From the NCBI GenBank assembly GCA_964583985.1, contig CAZOYD010000001.1:67532-131531 (forward strand): a stretch of DNA of 64,000 nt, in the 5' to 3' direction. This document shows positions 41,893-50,739 of this stretch, piece after piece; positions within the stretch are counted from its first letter, which is position 1; every line of letters starts with the position of its first letter. Below the pieces are notes generated by a model. That model was given only the letters and a program-made list of their open reading frames with translations, was not told the DNA's origin and made no database searches. Origin of the DNA: an uncultured archaeon. Its GTDB lineage: Archaea > Asgardarchaeota > Lokiarchaeia > Sigyniarchaeales > SOKP01. The translations under genes and the position numbers were made by a program.

Positions 41893-42687
41893 GTGATTCT
41901 AATAGTAAAGCAGATTGTTTTATTTGATAGACTTTATAACACTAAAAGTAATCAAGAAACAAAAGACTTAATTTCAAGATATCAAAAATATGTCCTTGAA
42001 TTGGCCCAAGATTTTCCTAACACAAAAATAATTTTTAACAAGGTAAGAAAGTTTGACCAACGAGTGGAAATCACGGTTACAGGTCCGGAGGACGTGTTTA
42101 TCATTAACATGTTAAAAAAAGAAATTGGAACGATCCAAGAATTCAAGAATTTAAGTATTGGCATGAGCTTGAAAGGTAATTTAGTAGATGTAGGAAAAGT
42201 AGGTTTTGGTTTATTTGTAGATTGTGGAATTTTAAATCCTAAAACAGATCTGTTGATTTCTTTACACACGCTTAGAGATCAATTATGTAATGGTAAGGAA
42301 AAGTCATTACCCGAAATTATTAAAGCATATGATTTCATAAATGAATTTCCTGTTTACGTAAAAATCACAAAAATCAATAATGAAAAGCAAAATGTTCAAG
42401 GTGAACTAGCTATTCCCACATTAAATTTCTTTAAAAAAGTTCTTGATGAAGATCTTGAAGCTGTACATGTGAGCGGAGAAACAAAAGGGCAATTAAAAAA
42501 AGCCCTGATTAGAACGGGACATCTTAGAGATATCGTGTCCATTTATCGATACAACTTCATAGATAACATCGTTCTTCTCTCTGAAAATACTGAAGCTCCT
42601 GGGATTATCGCTGATATCGGGAAATATCTGCGAAATTGCAAATTAAATGCAATTAGACCCTCTAGAATTAGGAAATTATGCTATTAA
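41893..42687 (+). CDS. Conserved archaeal protein (DUF2110-like)
   Basis: GNLVDVGKVGFGLFVD, TGHLRDIV, TEAPGIIADIG. Confidence 0.7.
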   Translation: MILIVKQIVLFDRLYNTKSNQETKDLISRYQKYVLELAQDFPNTKIIFNKVRKFDQRVEITVTGPEDVFIINMLKKEIGTIQEFKNLSIGMSLKGNLVDVGKVGFGLFVDCGILNPKTDLLISLHTLRDQLCNGKEKSLPEIIKAYDFINEFPVYVKITKINNEKQNVQGELAIPTLNFFKKVLDEDLEAVHVSGETKGQLKKALIRTGHLRDIVSIYRYNFIDNIVLLSENTEAPGIIADIGKYLRNCKLNAIRPSRIRKLCY

Positions 42688-42717
42688 GGAAAATAATGCT
42701 ACTAGGGATAAAGAGAA

Positions 42718-42820
42718 TGGGCCAGGAGAGGTTCGAACTCCCGATATCCACGGTGTAAGCGTGGCGTCCTAATCAATCAAGAGATAATCTTCAGATTTAT
42801 AGCCACTAGACCACTGGCCC
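42718..42820 (-). tRNA. tRNA-Val(UAC) with a 30-nt non-canonical D-arm intron (about 21/22-22/23)
   Basis: GGGCCAG/CTGGCCC acceptor stem, CCACG-CTTACAC-CGTGG anticodon arm, GGGAG-TTCGAAC-CTCTC T arm; 103 nt gene versus 73 nt mature. Confidence 0.88.
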
Positions 42821-42839
42821 CTTTTATTTAACATAAAAG

Positions 42840-42920
42840 CGCAATCGGTGGGGATCGAACCCACGAGTCCGTCGGACACCGGTTTAGCAGACCAGCGCCA
42901 TACCACTAGGCGACGATTGC
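42840..42920 (-). tRNA. tRNA-Ser(GCU), no intron
   Basis: GCAATCG/CGATTGC acceptor, CTGGT-CTGCTAA-ACCGG, long variable arm, GTGGG-TTCGATC-CCCAC, G73. Confidence 0.93.
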
Positions 42921-43032
42921 TTTTTATATAATTATATAACATGGTAAATTTTTAATACTTTTTTATTGTAAAGGTTGAATCCAACAAAATGAAAAAAAAG
43001 AATAAAAATAAGAAAAGGGTTTATTCGTGCTA

Positions 43033-44244
43033 TTATTCGAACACGATGTTTTTTCTAATAATTTTCTTTAATTTAGTCTCGGCATGCCACCAAAACACGC
43101 CAATTGGAATGCAAATGATCCAGTTAATTATGAGATATAAAAATGCGACTATATCTTGAGAGGGGTTAATACCAAAAATGCTTGCTCTATAGTGATCTCC
43201 ATATAATGCTACTACAATCGCAAAATACAAAATTTGGGTTAATAAGATGTGGTATGTTGATCGACTTATCATTTTTATTCCCTTGGCGAGCCAATTCTTG
43301 GATTCACGGGGTAATAGTTTCAACGCAATTAAAACCAGAAACGCTGAATAGGGGAAGACTAAGAAATTGTAATCACCGGTTATATAAGATACTCCATTTT
43401 CATTTGTAAACTTAAAGCCAAAAAATTGGTATGCTATGAGGTAGGTTAGGCTGAGGGGAAATAGTATCCACATGAACCAGTTATGAACATTAAAAATATC
43501 ATGGTTACGGGAAAACCACATCCCTAATCCCAGTGCCGAAAGGTAAAAAAATACGCTACATTGAATTAACAGAGTATTATAATAATCATCCCACGTAAGA
43601 TAAATTGGATATAATGGTGGAGGGGGATCGTGAATTTTCAAAGCTTCATAAATAAATATTTGCAGGCTTATTTCAATTAAAAAGCATATAAATAACGATG
43701 CTATTGCTTTGAGAGTTGATCCTGAGAATCCTTTATATAACAGTGGCATGATGAAAATACTCCCAAAAATCACGGGAATGAACCAATTTCCTGGTCCCCA
43801 AAAGGGTAATATCCCAATGAATAAATGACGAACATCCCAATGTGTACCCCACTGTCCCAACATTATATCGTGGGAACTAGTCCCGTAAAATATTCCTCCA
43901 ATTATGGTAGAAATAATATAAAGAATGATGAAAGGAAAAAGGTAGCGAATGAATTTATGTCGGAAATACTTCCATGAGTATAGTTCTTCTAAAGTTTTAC
44001 CTTTATATTTTTGAAATGACATGCCATTGTTAAATCCCATGATGACCAAGAACACTGGAATGGAGATCCGTTCCCATAGAGCGACACCCATGTTATTTTT
44101 TATATCCCACGGAATGGTATGGTCAAAAATCACGAGAAATATCATTATAGCCTTCAAAACATCAACTTGGAAGAAATTCGAAGGTTTATGAACTTCTTTT
44201 GAGTTGGCATTCAAACCTACTTTAGATTGTTCCATTGTTTTCAA
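43033..44244 (-). CDS. Acyltransferase-3 (OafA/YrhL-like) membrane protein
   Basis: VDVLKAIMIFLVIFDH, IPVFLVIMG, WFIPV, SRSTYHILLTQ; about 10 TMs. Confidence 0.78.
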   Translation of the reverse strand: MKTMEQSKVGLNANSKEVHKPSNFFQVDVLKAIMIFLVIFDHTIPWDIKNNMGVALWERISIPVFLVIMGFNNGMSFQKYKGKTLEELYSWKYFRHKFIRYLFPFIILYIISTIIGGIFYGTSSHDIMLGQWGTHWDVRHLFIGILPFWGPGNWFIPVIFGSIFIMPLLYKGFSGSTLKAIASLFICFLIEISLQIFIYEALKIHDPPPPLYPIYLTWDDYYNTLLIQCSVFFYLSALGLGMWFSRNHDIFNVHNWFMWILFPLSLTYLIAYQFFGFKFTNENGVSYITGDYNFLVFPYSAFLVLIALKLLPRESKNWLAKGIKMISRSTYHILLTQILYFAIVVALYGDHYRASIFGINPSQDIVAFLYLIINWIICIPIGVFWWHAETKLKKIIRKNIVFE

Positions 44245-44357
44245 TTTTCACAGTTGAAATAATTAACTTTACTATAATTCACGTAAACTTTTAAACAAAT
44301 ACTACAACTTTTCCTAATTGCTAGGGGAAAATAAGAAGAAGTGAAAACCGATCCAAG

Positions 44358-44846
44358 TTATTCGGAGATAACTTCAAAAACCATTCTTTCAATTATTGGT
44401 TTTTTTGTGTATCGTTTATCATAATACCAGCCAATTAGATTCCCTTTTAGATTCTCTTCAGGTTTTTCGGGTATGATAATGATCATCACTCCATTCGAAA
44501 GGTATTTCAGTATTTTTCTATCGATCGTGTGGAGTTTTTCGTTACCAGAGGGATGTGTATGAGCTTGCCACACGATATCAACCCCCAATTCTTGCTTAAA
44601 TTTACGCATGTTATAAATTTTAGATTTTTTATATCGCATCCAACTTCTAGGCTTCATGTGAGTTCTAGATTTTCCCTGATTCAAATCAGGGTTTGGAATG
44701 AATTTTGTTACAATACCAAAATTCTCCTTGCGATCTGCAAATATCCAATAATGTTCCACATTAGGCCATGCTTCCCCGGCTTTTTGCGTGATTTCATCAA
44801 ATATTTTTTGAGGAATTAAATAACGAAAATCTTTAGCAGTACTCAT
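44358..44846 (-). CDS. JAMM/MPN+ metalloprotease-like protein
   Basis: N-terminal Glu (PNVEH) and H-x-H-x10-D (HTHPSGNEKLHTID). Confidence 0.72.
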   Translation of the reverse strand: MSTAKDFRYLIPQKIFDEITQKAGEAWPNVEHYWIFADRKENFGIVTKFIPNPDLNQGKSRTHMKPRSWMRYKKSKIYNMRKFKQELGVDIVWQAHTHPSGNEKLHTIDRKILKYLSNGVMIIIIPEKPEENLKGNLIGWYYDKRYTKKPIIERMVFEVISE

Positions 44847-45095
44847 GTAGTATTTTTATGTACTACAAAATTTATATTTTACGAAAAATTTAGGTCTGCT
44901 CATAAAATTCGTAAATCTCTCTCAATTTCATGCCTTATTGATATAAATTGTGCAAGTAATGCACGTGAGGTCAATGTAATTACATTTTGACATTCCATCG
45001 AGAAAAAATGAGGACAAACTAAAGATAAAATAAAAAAATTCATAATTAAGTATTAATTATAAAAAAATATTAATTGCATTTATCATATTAAACAC

Positions 45096-45196
45096 GCAGA
45101 CGTAGCCTAGTTGGTAAGACGCCAGCCTTGAGTGATCTCATATTCGAGTAAGCTGGTGCGTGAAAACGCTCGGGGGTTCGAATCCCTCCGTCTGCG
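45096..45196 (+). tRNA. tRNA-Ser(UGA) with 18-nt canonical 37/38 intron (45133-45150)
   Basis: GCAGACG/CGTCTGC acceptor; CCAGC-CTTGAG|A-GCTGG; BHB central helix CTTG/CGAG; long variable arm; G73. Confidence 0.9.
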
Positions 45197-45320
45197 TTTT
45201 AAGTGTAGGATTAGAAAAGATGATATAAGAAAAATTTTTATTCTATCATCTCAAAGCTATTCCAGTTTGATGATGAGAAACTTAATATATCAAAAAATAA
45301 GAAAATTAATAGGATAAATA

Positions 45321-45485
45321 CGGGCTATGAGGGATTTCCAACGGTTTGAGAGTTTCAAACGTCATATTGAACCCCCGACTTGCCGGTGTCTCAAAACGCA
45401 AGTAATTAAGCGCTAGATAAGAGCCGGACGCGCTACCTGATTGCACTAAAAGCGTGGGGTACGCTTAAATCTGCGCTAATAGCCC
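45321..45485 (-). tRNA. tRNA-Lys(CUU) with three introns (15/16, 37/38, 59/60)
   Basis: Removing 45441-45470, 45388-45417 and 45335-45365 gives a 74-nt cloverleaf: GGGCTAT/ATAGCCC, GCGC/GCGC D stem, CTCTTAA loop, GGGGG-TTCAATT-CCCTC. Confidence 0.85.
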
Positions 45486-45612
45486 ATATTTAGTATACAA
45501 TTAAATCAAATCGGGGATTATTTAAGAAATCTTCTATTTCGGTAAAGGAAAATTTAAATGAATTAGTTAAAGATAGAAGCGTAAGTCCCTAACGACCCTC
45601 TATTTTTTTCAC

Positions 45613-46566
45613 TTACTCTTCCTTTTTTAGATAATCAAATAGAATTTCAAAATCAGAGAAATCAAAAGGTTTCAGGATGTATCCATCGGCATTAGTTTCT
45701 TCGATGTGTTTTTTTACTTCATAACCTGGGATGGCTGTTAATAGAAATATTTTAATATCTTTAAGCTTGTTATTGGATTTTATTATTTTGCAAATTTCAT
45801 AACCACTGTAATCTGGAAGAATTATATCCAATAATATAATTTTGGGAATGTTATTGTTTAATTCATCCAATCCTTTAGTACCGCTAACAACACCTTGACA
45901 AACATATCCCTTGCTCTCAAAATAACTCGTCAATAGTCGGATAGTTGCCTGATCATCTTCAATTAATAAAATATCATAATGTGTTTTTTCGGTTTTGATG
46001 TTATCGAGAATGTTTACAATTTTATTTTCTAAGAGTTGCGATTGTTCAAAGATGTTTTGGATGGTGTTAAAAACGTCATCTTCCAGTTCCTCCTTATAAT
46101 TTTCAATTAATAATTGTGAAAATCCTTTAATAGAAGTAAGAGGTTCTTTAAGTGCGTGTGATATGTTGGAAATCGCTTGATCCTCGGTTTTAAGTAGGGT
46201 CCCATTGAAATTTCTTCCTTTTTTATTAATAAAGAAATTCACACTCTCTCTTATTAATCTTGAGATAGTATAATTATTTTCTTTGATAAAATCTTGCCAA
46301 CTATTTTTTGTATCTTCTGAGACATAAAGGGATATTCGTTCTTTATCTCGATCGTATATTTTTTCACCTTTAAGCCATTTTTTAAAGCCCTCAGTGATTG
46401 AATCTCTCCAAATTGCATATTTATCAAAAGATTTTTGATATTTTCGCATCAAATCTTGCGCTTTTTCACTATTTAAATCTAATTTTTCGATCTCGTCATC
46501 AGTCATGTGAGGAGAATCATAAAATTCATCGGTACTATCTTTCTCTCCTTTTTTAATAATTAACAC
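45613..46566 (-). CDS. Signal transduction protein: unknown N domain + RHH + HisKA-like + REC (no HATPase)
   Basis: RISLYVSE..K..W...ISRLIRESV (RHH); ISHALKEPLTSIKGFSQLL (H-box); LLIEDD...LLDIILPD...LTA...KPF (receiver). Confidence 0.8.
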   Translation of the reverse strand: MLIIKKGEKDSTDEFYDSPHMTDDEIEKLDLNSEKAQDLMRKYQKSFDKYAIWRDSITEGFKKWLKGEKIYDRDKERISLYVSEDTKNSWQDFIKENNYTISRLIRESVNFFINKKGRNFNGTLLKTEDQAISNISHALKEPLTSIKGFSQLLIENYKEELEDDVFNTIQNIFEQSQLLENKIVNILDNIKTEKTHYDILLIEDDQATIRLLTSYFESKGYVCQGVVSGTKGLDELNNNIPKIILLDIILPDYSGYEICKIIKSNNKLKDIKIFLLTAIPGYEVKKHIEETNADGYILKPFDFSDFEILFDYLKKEE

Positions 46567-46707
46567 CCTTAGGATATTTTAAACATCATTGTATTATCGT
46601 GCAAAAAATTAGATCCTTTTTGTTATAACAATTCTTGCTTTTTATTTTTTATTCCTTTTTATTATTTTTCTTATGAAAATTAAAAAAATTTTGCATGATA
46701 ATATAAA

Positions 46708-47745
46708 TTACGCTTTACCATTTAAAATATCGAAGACTATTTCAAAATCAGAAAAATTAAACGGTTTTAGAACGAAACCATCTGCCCTTGTTTCATTTAG
46801 GTGTTTTTTCACTTCAGATCCCGATATAGCAGTTAAAAAATAAACGGGAATTTGGTTCCATTCTTTATCAGACTTGATTGTTTTACATATATCATATCCA
46901 CTAAGGTCAGGCAAAATAATGTCTAATAAAATCACCTTTGGAATTGTTCTTCCTAATTCCTCTAATCCTTTAGAACCACTAACTACTCCTTTGCAGATAT
47001 AACCCCTACTTTCTATAATTTTAGTTATTAATCGAATTGTTGGGAGATCATCCTCAATTAAAAGAACATCAACGTGATTATTCTGAACTTTTATGTCATC
47101 TAAAAAATCTTTAATTATATCTTCCAAGATATTGCTTTGATCAAAAATATTTTTAATAGTATCTTTCACAATATCGGTAAGTTTATTTTCATATTCCTTG
47201 CTTTCAAGAAGGAGTTGTGAATATCCCTTTATCGATGTTAAAGGCTCTTTCAAGGCATGAGAAATGTTTGCAACTGTATTGGAGTCAATTTGTGAAAGAT
47301 CATTGGTATTTCTAACTGAGTCTTCTATGAATGTTTTCACACTTTCTCGAATAAGTTTTGAAAATGAGCGATAATCATCCTTATTTTTATCGAGAAAATC
47401 TTGCCATTCTGATTTTGTTTCTTCAGATACATATAGCGAGATTCTTTCCTTATCGCGCATGTAAATCTTTTCGCCTTTTAGCCATCTTTTAAAACCCTCA
47501 GTAATCGTGTTTCTCCAAATTGCATATCTATCTGTCTCATTTTCATACATTTCCATGTAGAATTTTGCCATTTGGCTTTCTAAATCAAGATTTTCAATTT
47601 GTTTATCCGTGAAATGAGGTCGATCGTTATGATTGGATTCTTTCTCTTTTGATTTTGAATTTTTTTCTGAAATGAATTGCTCTTTGCCATCCCCTTCTTC
47701 GGGATCTTTTACTTCTTCATTAGAATTTGGAGCTTTTTTAATAAT
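46708..47745 (-). CDS. Paralogous RHH + HisKA-like + REC protein; probable ATT start at 47745
   Basis: Same architecture as 45613-46566; homology to the paralog continues upstream of the track's ATG (47571), and the frame is open to ATT ATT AAA AAA right after TAA, with an AGGTGA RBS. Confidence 0.78.
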   Translation of the reverse strand: MIKKAPNSNEEVKDPEEGDGKEQFISEKNSKSKEKESNHNDRPHFTDKQIENLDLESQMAKFYMEMYENETDRYAIWRNTITEGFKRWLKGEKIYMRDKERISLYVSEETKSEWQDFLDKNKDDYRSFSKLIRESVKTFIEDSVRNTNDLSQIDSNTVANISHALKEPLTSIKGYSQLLLESKEYENKLTDIVKDTIKNIFDQSNILEDIIKDFLDDIKVQNNHVDVLLIEDDLPTIRLITKIIESRGYICKGVVSGSKGLEELGRTIPKVILLDIILPDLSGYDICKTIKSDKEWNQIPVYFLTAISGSEVKKHLNETRADGFVLKPFNFSDFEIVFDILNGKA

Positions 47746-48716
47746 TTATGTTTCACCTAATGGGATCGTCGCGTTTTTTTGTTCAAAAAGATGATTTTGT
47801 TGTTCAAAAAAATCATAAGAGATAAATTATTTAAATTTAAGTCTTCTATCTTCATAGCGTTAGGGTTAGTGATACTAAAATTTCCATTCCAAGTCTCTGA
47901 TGGTTTTGGAATGAAAAAATATTTGATTTCTCTTTTTCTATCCCCGTAGAGTAATCCATTGATACTACTTGAGGAAAAGTTAACTTTTTGGTGATTTGGT
48001 CACCACTTATAATTCATTGCTTTCTTTTTCACGTCATGCCTATTATTTCAATAATATTCACATACCATTTTTTCCGTATTAAAAATCAAGATTTAGTGAA
48101 AAATACATCAGACTTTTTTTTAGATTTCAAGAAAAACGTCAAGAAATAAGGAAGGAATGGTAGAAAATGACCTCGAGATTAGGAAGATATTAGAGGACCT
48201 CCATTTCAGAAGTGAATTTACAGGAGTATCTCACCATGATTATCATCTGAATGATGGTTTTATTGCTTTGGATTCTAATCAATACAAGGAAGAATCTATT
48301 AAAAATCCAATTTTTAACAAATTTAATTATGGAAAAAGTAACTATATAGAGATCTCTAAATATTTTTTCCTCATTAAATGAGGGGAAGGGTTGATCTTAT
48401 TTTGTTATCACTAACATCATATATCCTTTTTTTAGTTATTAAATAATAATTTGTTTTTATAAAACACATGTAATCACATGTTTTTTGTTATAAAAAAATA
48501 AAAAAATAAAAAAAAGGGTTTTTTATCAATTATTAAGATATACATCGCCACAATTTTCAAATCGTTATCGAAAGATTTAAATATCAATGTGTGATATTTG
48601 GATCATAACAAAAAAGTTGTGTGTAAATTTTTATTTTTTTGTTATCCCATTTTTCCACGGGACAAACAAGAAATTTAAATATATCATTGTAAAAGAATTG
48701 TAAAAGGGTAAAAAAA

Positions 48717-49598
48717 ATGGTCGTTGAGATTGATCTCGTAACAAACTTGTGCCCAGAATGTGGGGGGAGCACAACTGCCAGCGAAGAGCGAGGAGAGACA
48801 GTATGCATGCAGTGTGGGCTTGTCGTTTTTGAAAAGGGTCTTGATATTAACCATAGCGGGATTCGAGCTTATTCTAAATCAGAAAAAGACAAAAAAGAAC
48901 GTACAGGTTCTCCAATGTCTATATTAATGCCTGATATTGGATTGAGTACCGTAATTGATCGTTCTAAGATTAAAAATCCTGATCTTCGGCGAGCTGCAAA
49001 ATGGAATACTCATTTATCATGGGAAAAGCGAAACATGTTAATGGCGATAACGGAATTAAAAAGAATTGGAGGAAATCTTAATTTTCCTGACCGAGTCAAA
49101 AAATCTGCAGTGCGGCTCTACAAGGAAGTATTTAAACGCCAATTACTCCGTGGTCGTTCAATTAATGGGATGATTGCTGCTTGTGCATATTATGCTTGTA
49201 AAGATGAAAAAGTTCCTATTACTCTTCAAGAAATTTTAGAGGAAGCATCAATTAATGATAATATTGTAAAAAAGTGCTATAAAATCTTAGTTAGAGAACT
49301 CAATCTGAAAATTTCGCATATAAACCCTGTTTCATTAATTCCTCGTTATTGTGCGGATTTAGCTCTTGGGATTGAGGTTGAAAAAGAAGCCATGCGAGTA
49401 CTTCAGAATTTTATTGATAAAACTTCAATTTCTGGCAAGGATCCAAAAGGTCTATGTGCTGGTTCGATTTATTTAATTTCCAAGCTAAGAAATGTGAAAG
49501 TAAGTCAAAAGGACATTTCCAGAATTATTGGGGTTACCGAAGTTACTTTACGATCACGCTATAAAGAGCTTTTGAGCTCAGTCCAATTCTCTTTTTAA
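48717..49598 (+). CDS. tfb: Transcription initiation factor IIB
   Basis: CPECGG...GETVCMQCG, ERTGSP, LRGRSI, GKDPKGLCA, VTEVTLRSRYKEL. Confidence 0.95.
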   Translation: MVVEIDLVTNLCPECGGSTTASEERGETVCMQCGLVVFEKGLDINHSGIRAYSKSEKDKKERTGSPMSILMPDIGLSTVIDRSKIKNPDLRRAAKWNTHLSWEKRNMLMAITELKRIGGNLNFPDRVKKSAVRLYKEVFKRQLLRGRSINGMIAACAYYACKDEKVPITLQEILEEASINDNIVKKCYKILVRELNLKISHINPVSLIPRYCADLALGIEVEKEAMRVLQNFIDKTSISGKDPKGLCAGSIYLISKLRNVKVSQKDISRIIGVTEVTLRSRYKELLSSVQFSF

Positions 49599-49901
49599 AC
49601 TCTCCATTTTAATTTTTCTTATTTTATTTTTAATTCGCTTAAAACTGCAATTTTAAGAGACTAGTCAAATAATTTTTTATCCCGCCATCATATGGATGTG
49701 AACTTACGTTCATTATCGAAGAAAATTTCGCGACAAAAAAAAACAGATTTTCAAAATCTCGATATTTATCTAATTTTGATCTGATTGAAATATTCAATTA
49801 AAATTGGTTAAGTGAACCGTTAATGTTTATGATGTTGATAAATATATAAGATATACAGAACGAATCTTCCGTATTTTTGAATAATGAATATTGTAAATAA
49901 T

Positions 49902-50630
49902 TTAGTTCTGATGACCCGTTCTGCGTGCTGCTATCTGCCCAATTTTCCTACCGGGAGGAGCATTGCGAGAAGTTGTTGTCGGCTTATGAGGAGATTGCTT
50001 TGCACCCCCCCCATATGGATGAGAGCATGCATTCATCGTTACACCACGTACCACGGGCCATTTTTTAGCCTTAGATTGGTAAGCGAAGAATTTATTTCCC
50101 GCTTTTAAAAAGGGTTTATCAGTTCTCCCGCCTCCTGCTACTACTCCAATTGTACAGAGGCAACTGTCATGGAACCAACGCATTTTTTTTGATCGAAATA
50201 ACAGTTGAACCTTGTCATCTAATTTATCCCTTACAATAGCCGATACTCCAGAGGCTCTAGCGATTTTTCCGCCATCTTGGGGCGTGCTTTCGACGTTGAA
50301 TACTAATGATCCAAGAGGGATTTTTTTGAGAGGCAAGATATTTCCTACTTCGACAGGAACACCATAACCCGTTTGTGATTGAATAAACTCTTGACCTTCA
50401 TAAATTCCTTCAGGAGGTAACCATAATCCTTTCTCGCCATCTTCGTATTTAATACGTGCTAATGGTGCGCCTCTTCCCGGGGAATGAATTAATTCCGATA
50501 CCCTAAATGAAATTTTTTTGACCCCTTTATCAAACGATCGGTATTTAACTTCTCCCGCGTGTCGATGGCTTGGAGATCGTGCCCATAAGTTTCCATATCC
50601 TTTTCTTCGAACAAGTATTCGTTTTCCCAT
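49902..50630 (-). CDS. rpl2: 50S ribosomal protein L2 (uL2)
   Basis: MGKRILVRRKG, HSPGRGAPLA, WPVVRGVTMNACSHPYGGG, AARRTG. Confidence 0.96.
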   Translation of the reverse strand: MGKRILVRRKGYGNLWARSPSHRHAGEVKYRSFDKGVKKISFRVSELIHSPGRGAPLARIKYEDGEKGLWLPPEGIYEGQEFIQSQTGYGVPVEVGNILPLKKIPLGSLVFNVESTPQDGGKIARASGVSAIVRDKLDDKVQLLFRSKKMRWFHDSCLCTIGVVAGGGRTDKPFLKAGNKFFAYQSKAKKWPVVRGVTMNACSHPYGGGAKQSPHKPTTTSRNAPPGRKIGQIAARRTGHQN

Positions 50631-50739
50631 GCATACCACTAAATAGAGTAGAATTACATTAACAAATTAACTAAAGTATAAATTTTTTATTATTTTGATG
50701 TCTTCTCATGAAATTCTAGAGAATTGAGTCAAGAAATGG

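Noticed and set aside
42921-45095. Acyltransferase and JAMM genes between tRNAs as an integrated element
   Set aside because: No integrase and no duplicated tRNA 3' end; both flanking tRNAs present their 5' ends to this segment.
45096-45196. Possible selenocysteine or suppressor tRNA (TGA and TCA both occur near the anticodon)
   Set aside because: The BHB places the intron at 37/38, giving anticodon UGA (Ser). The 7-bp acceptor and 5-bp T stem are canonical, not the extended tRNA-Sec fold.
45132-45317. 61-aa ORF
   Set aside because: Overlaps tRNA-Ser(UGA); spurious.
48157-48381. 74-aa ORF in the tfb upstream region
   Set aside because: No recognisable motif. A purine-rich leader exists, so it is not excluded, but support is insufficient to call it.
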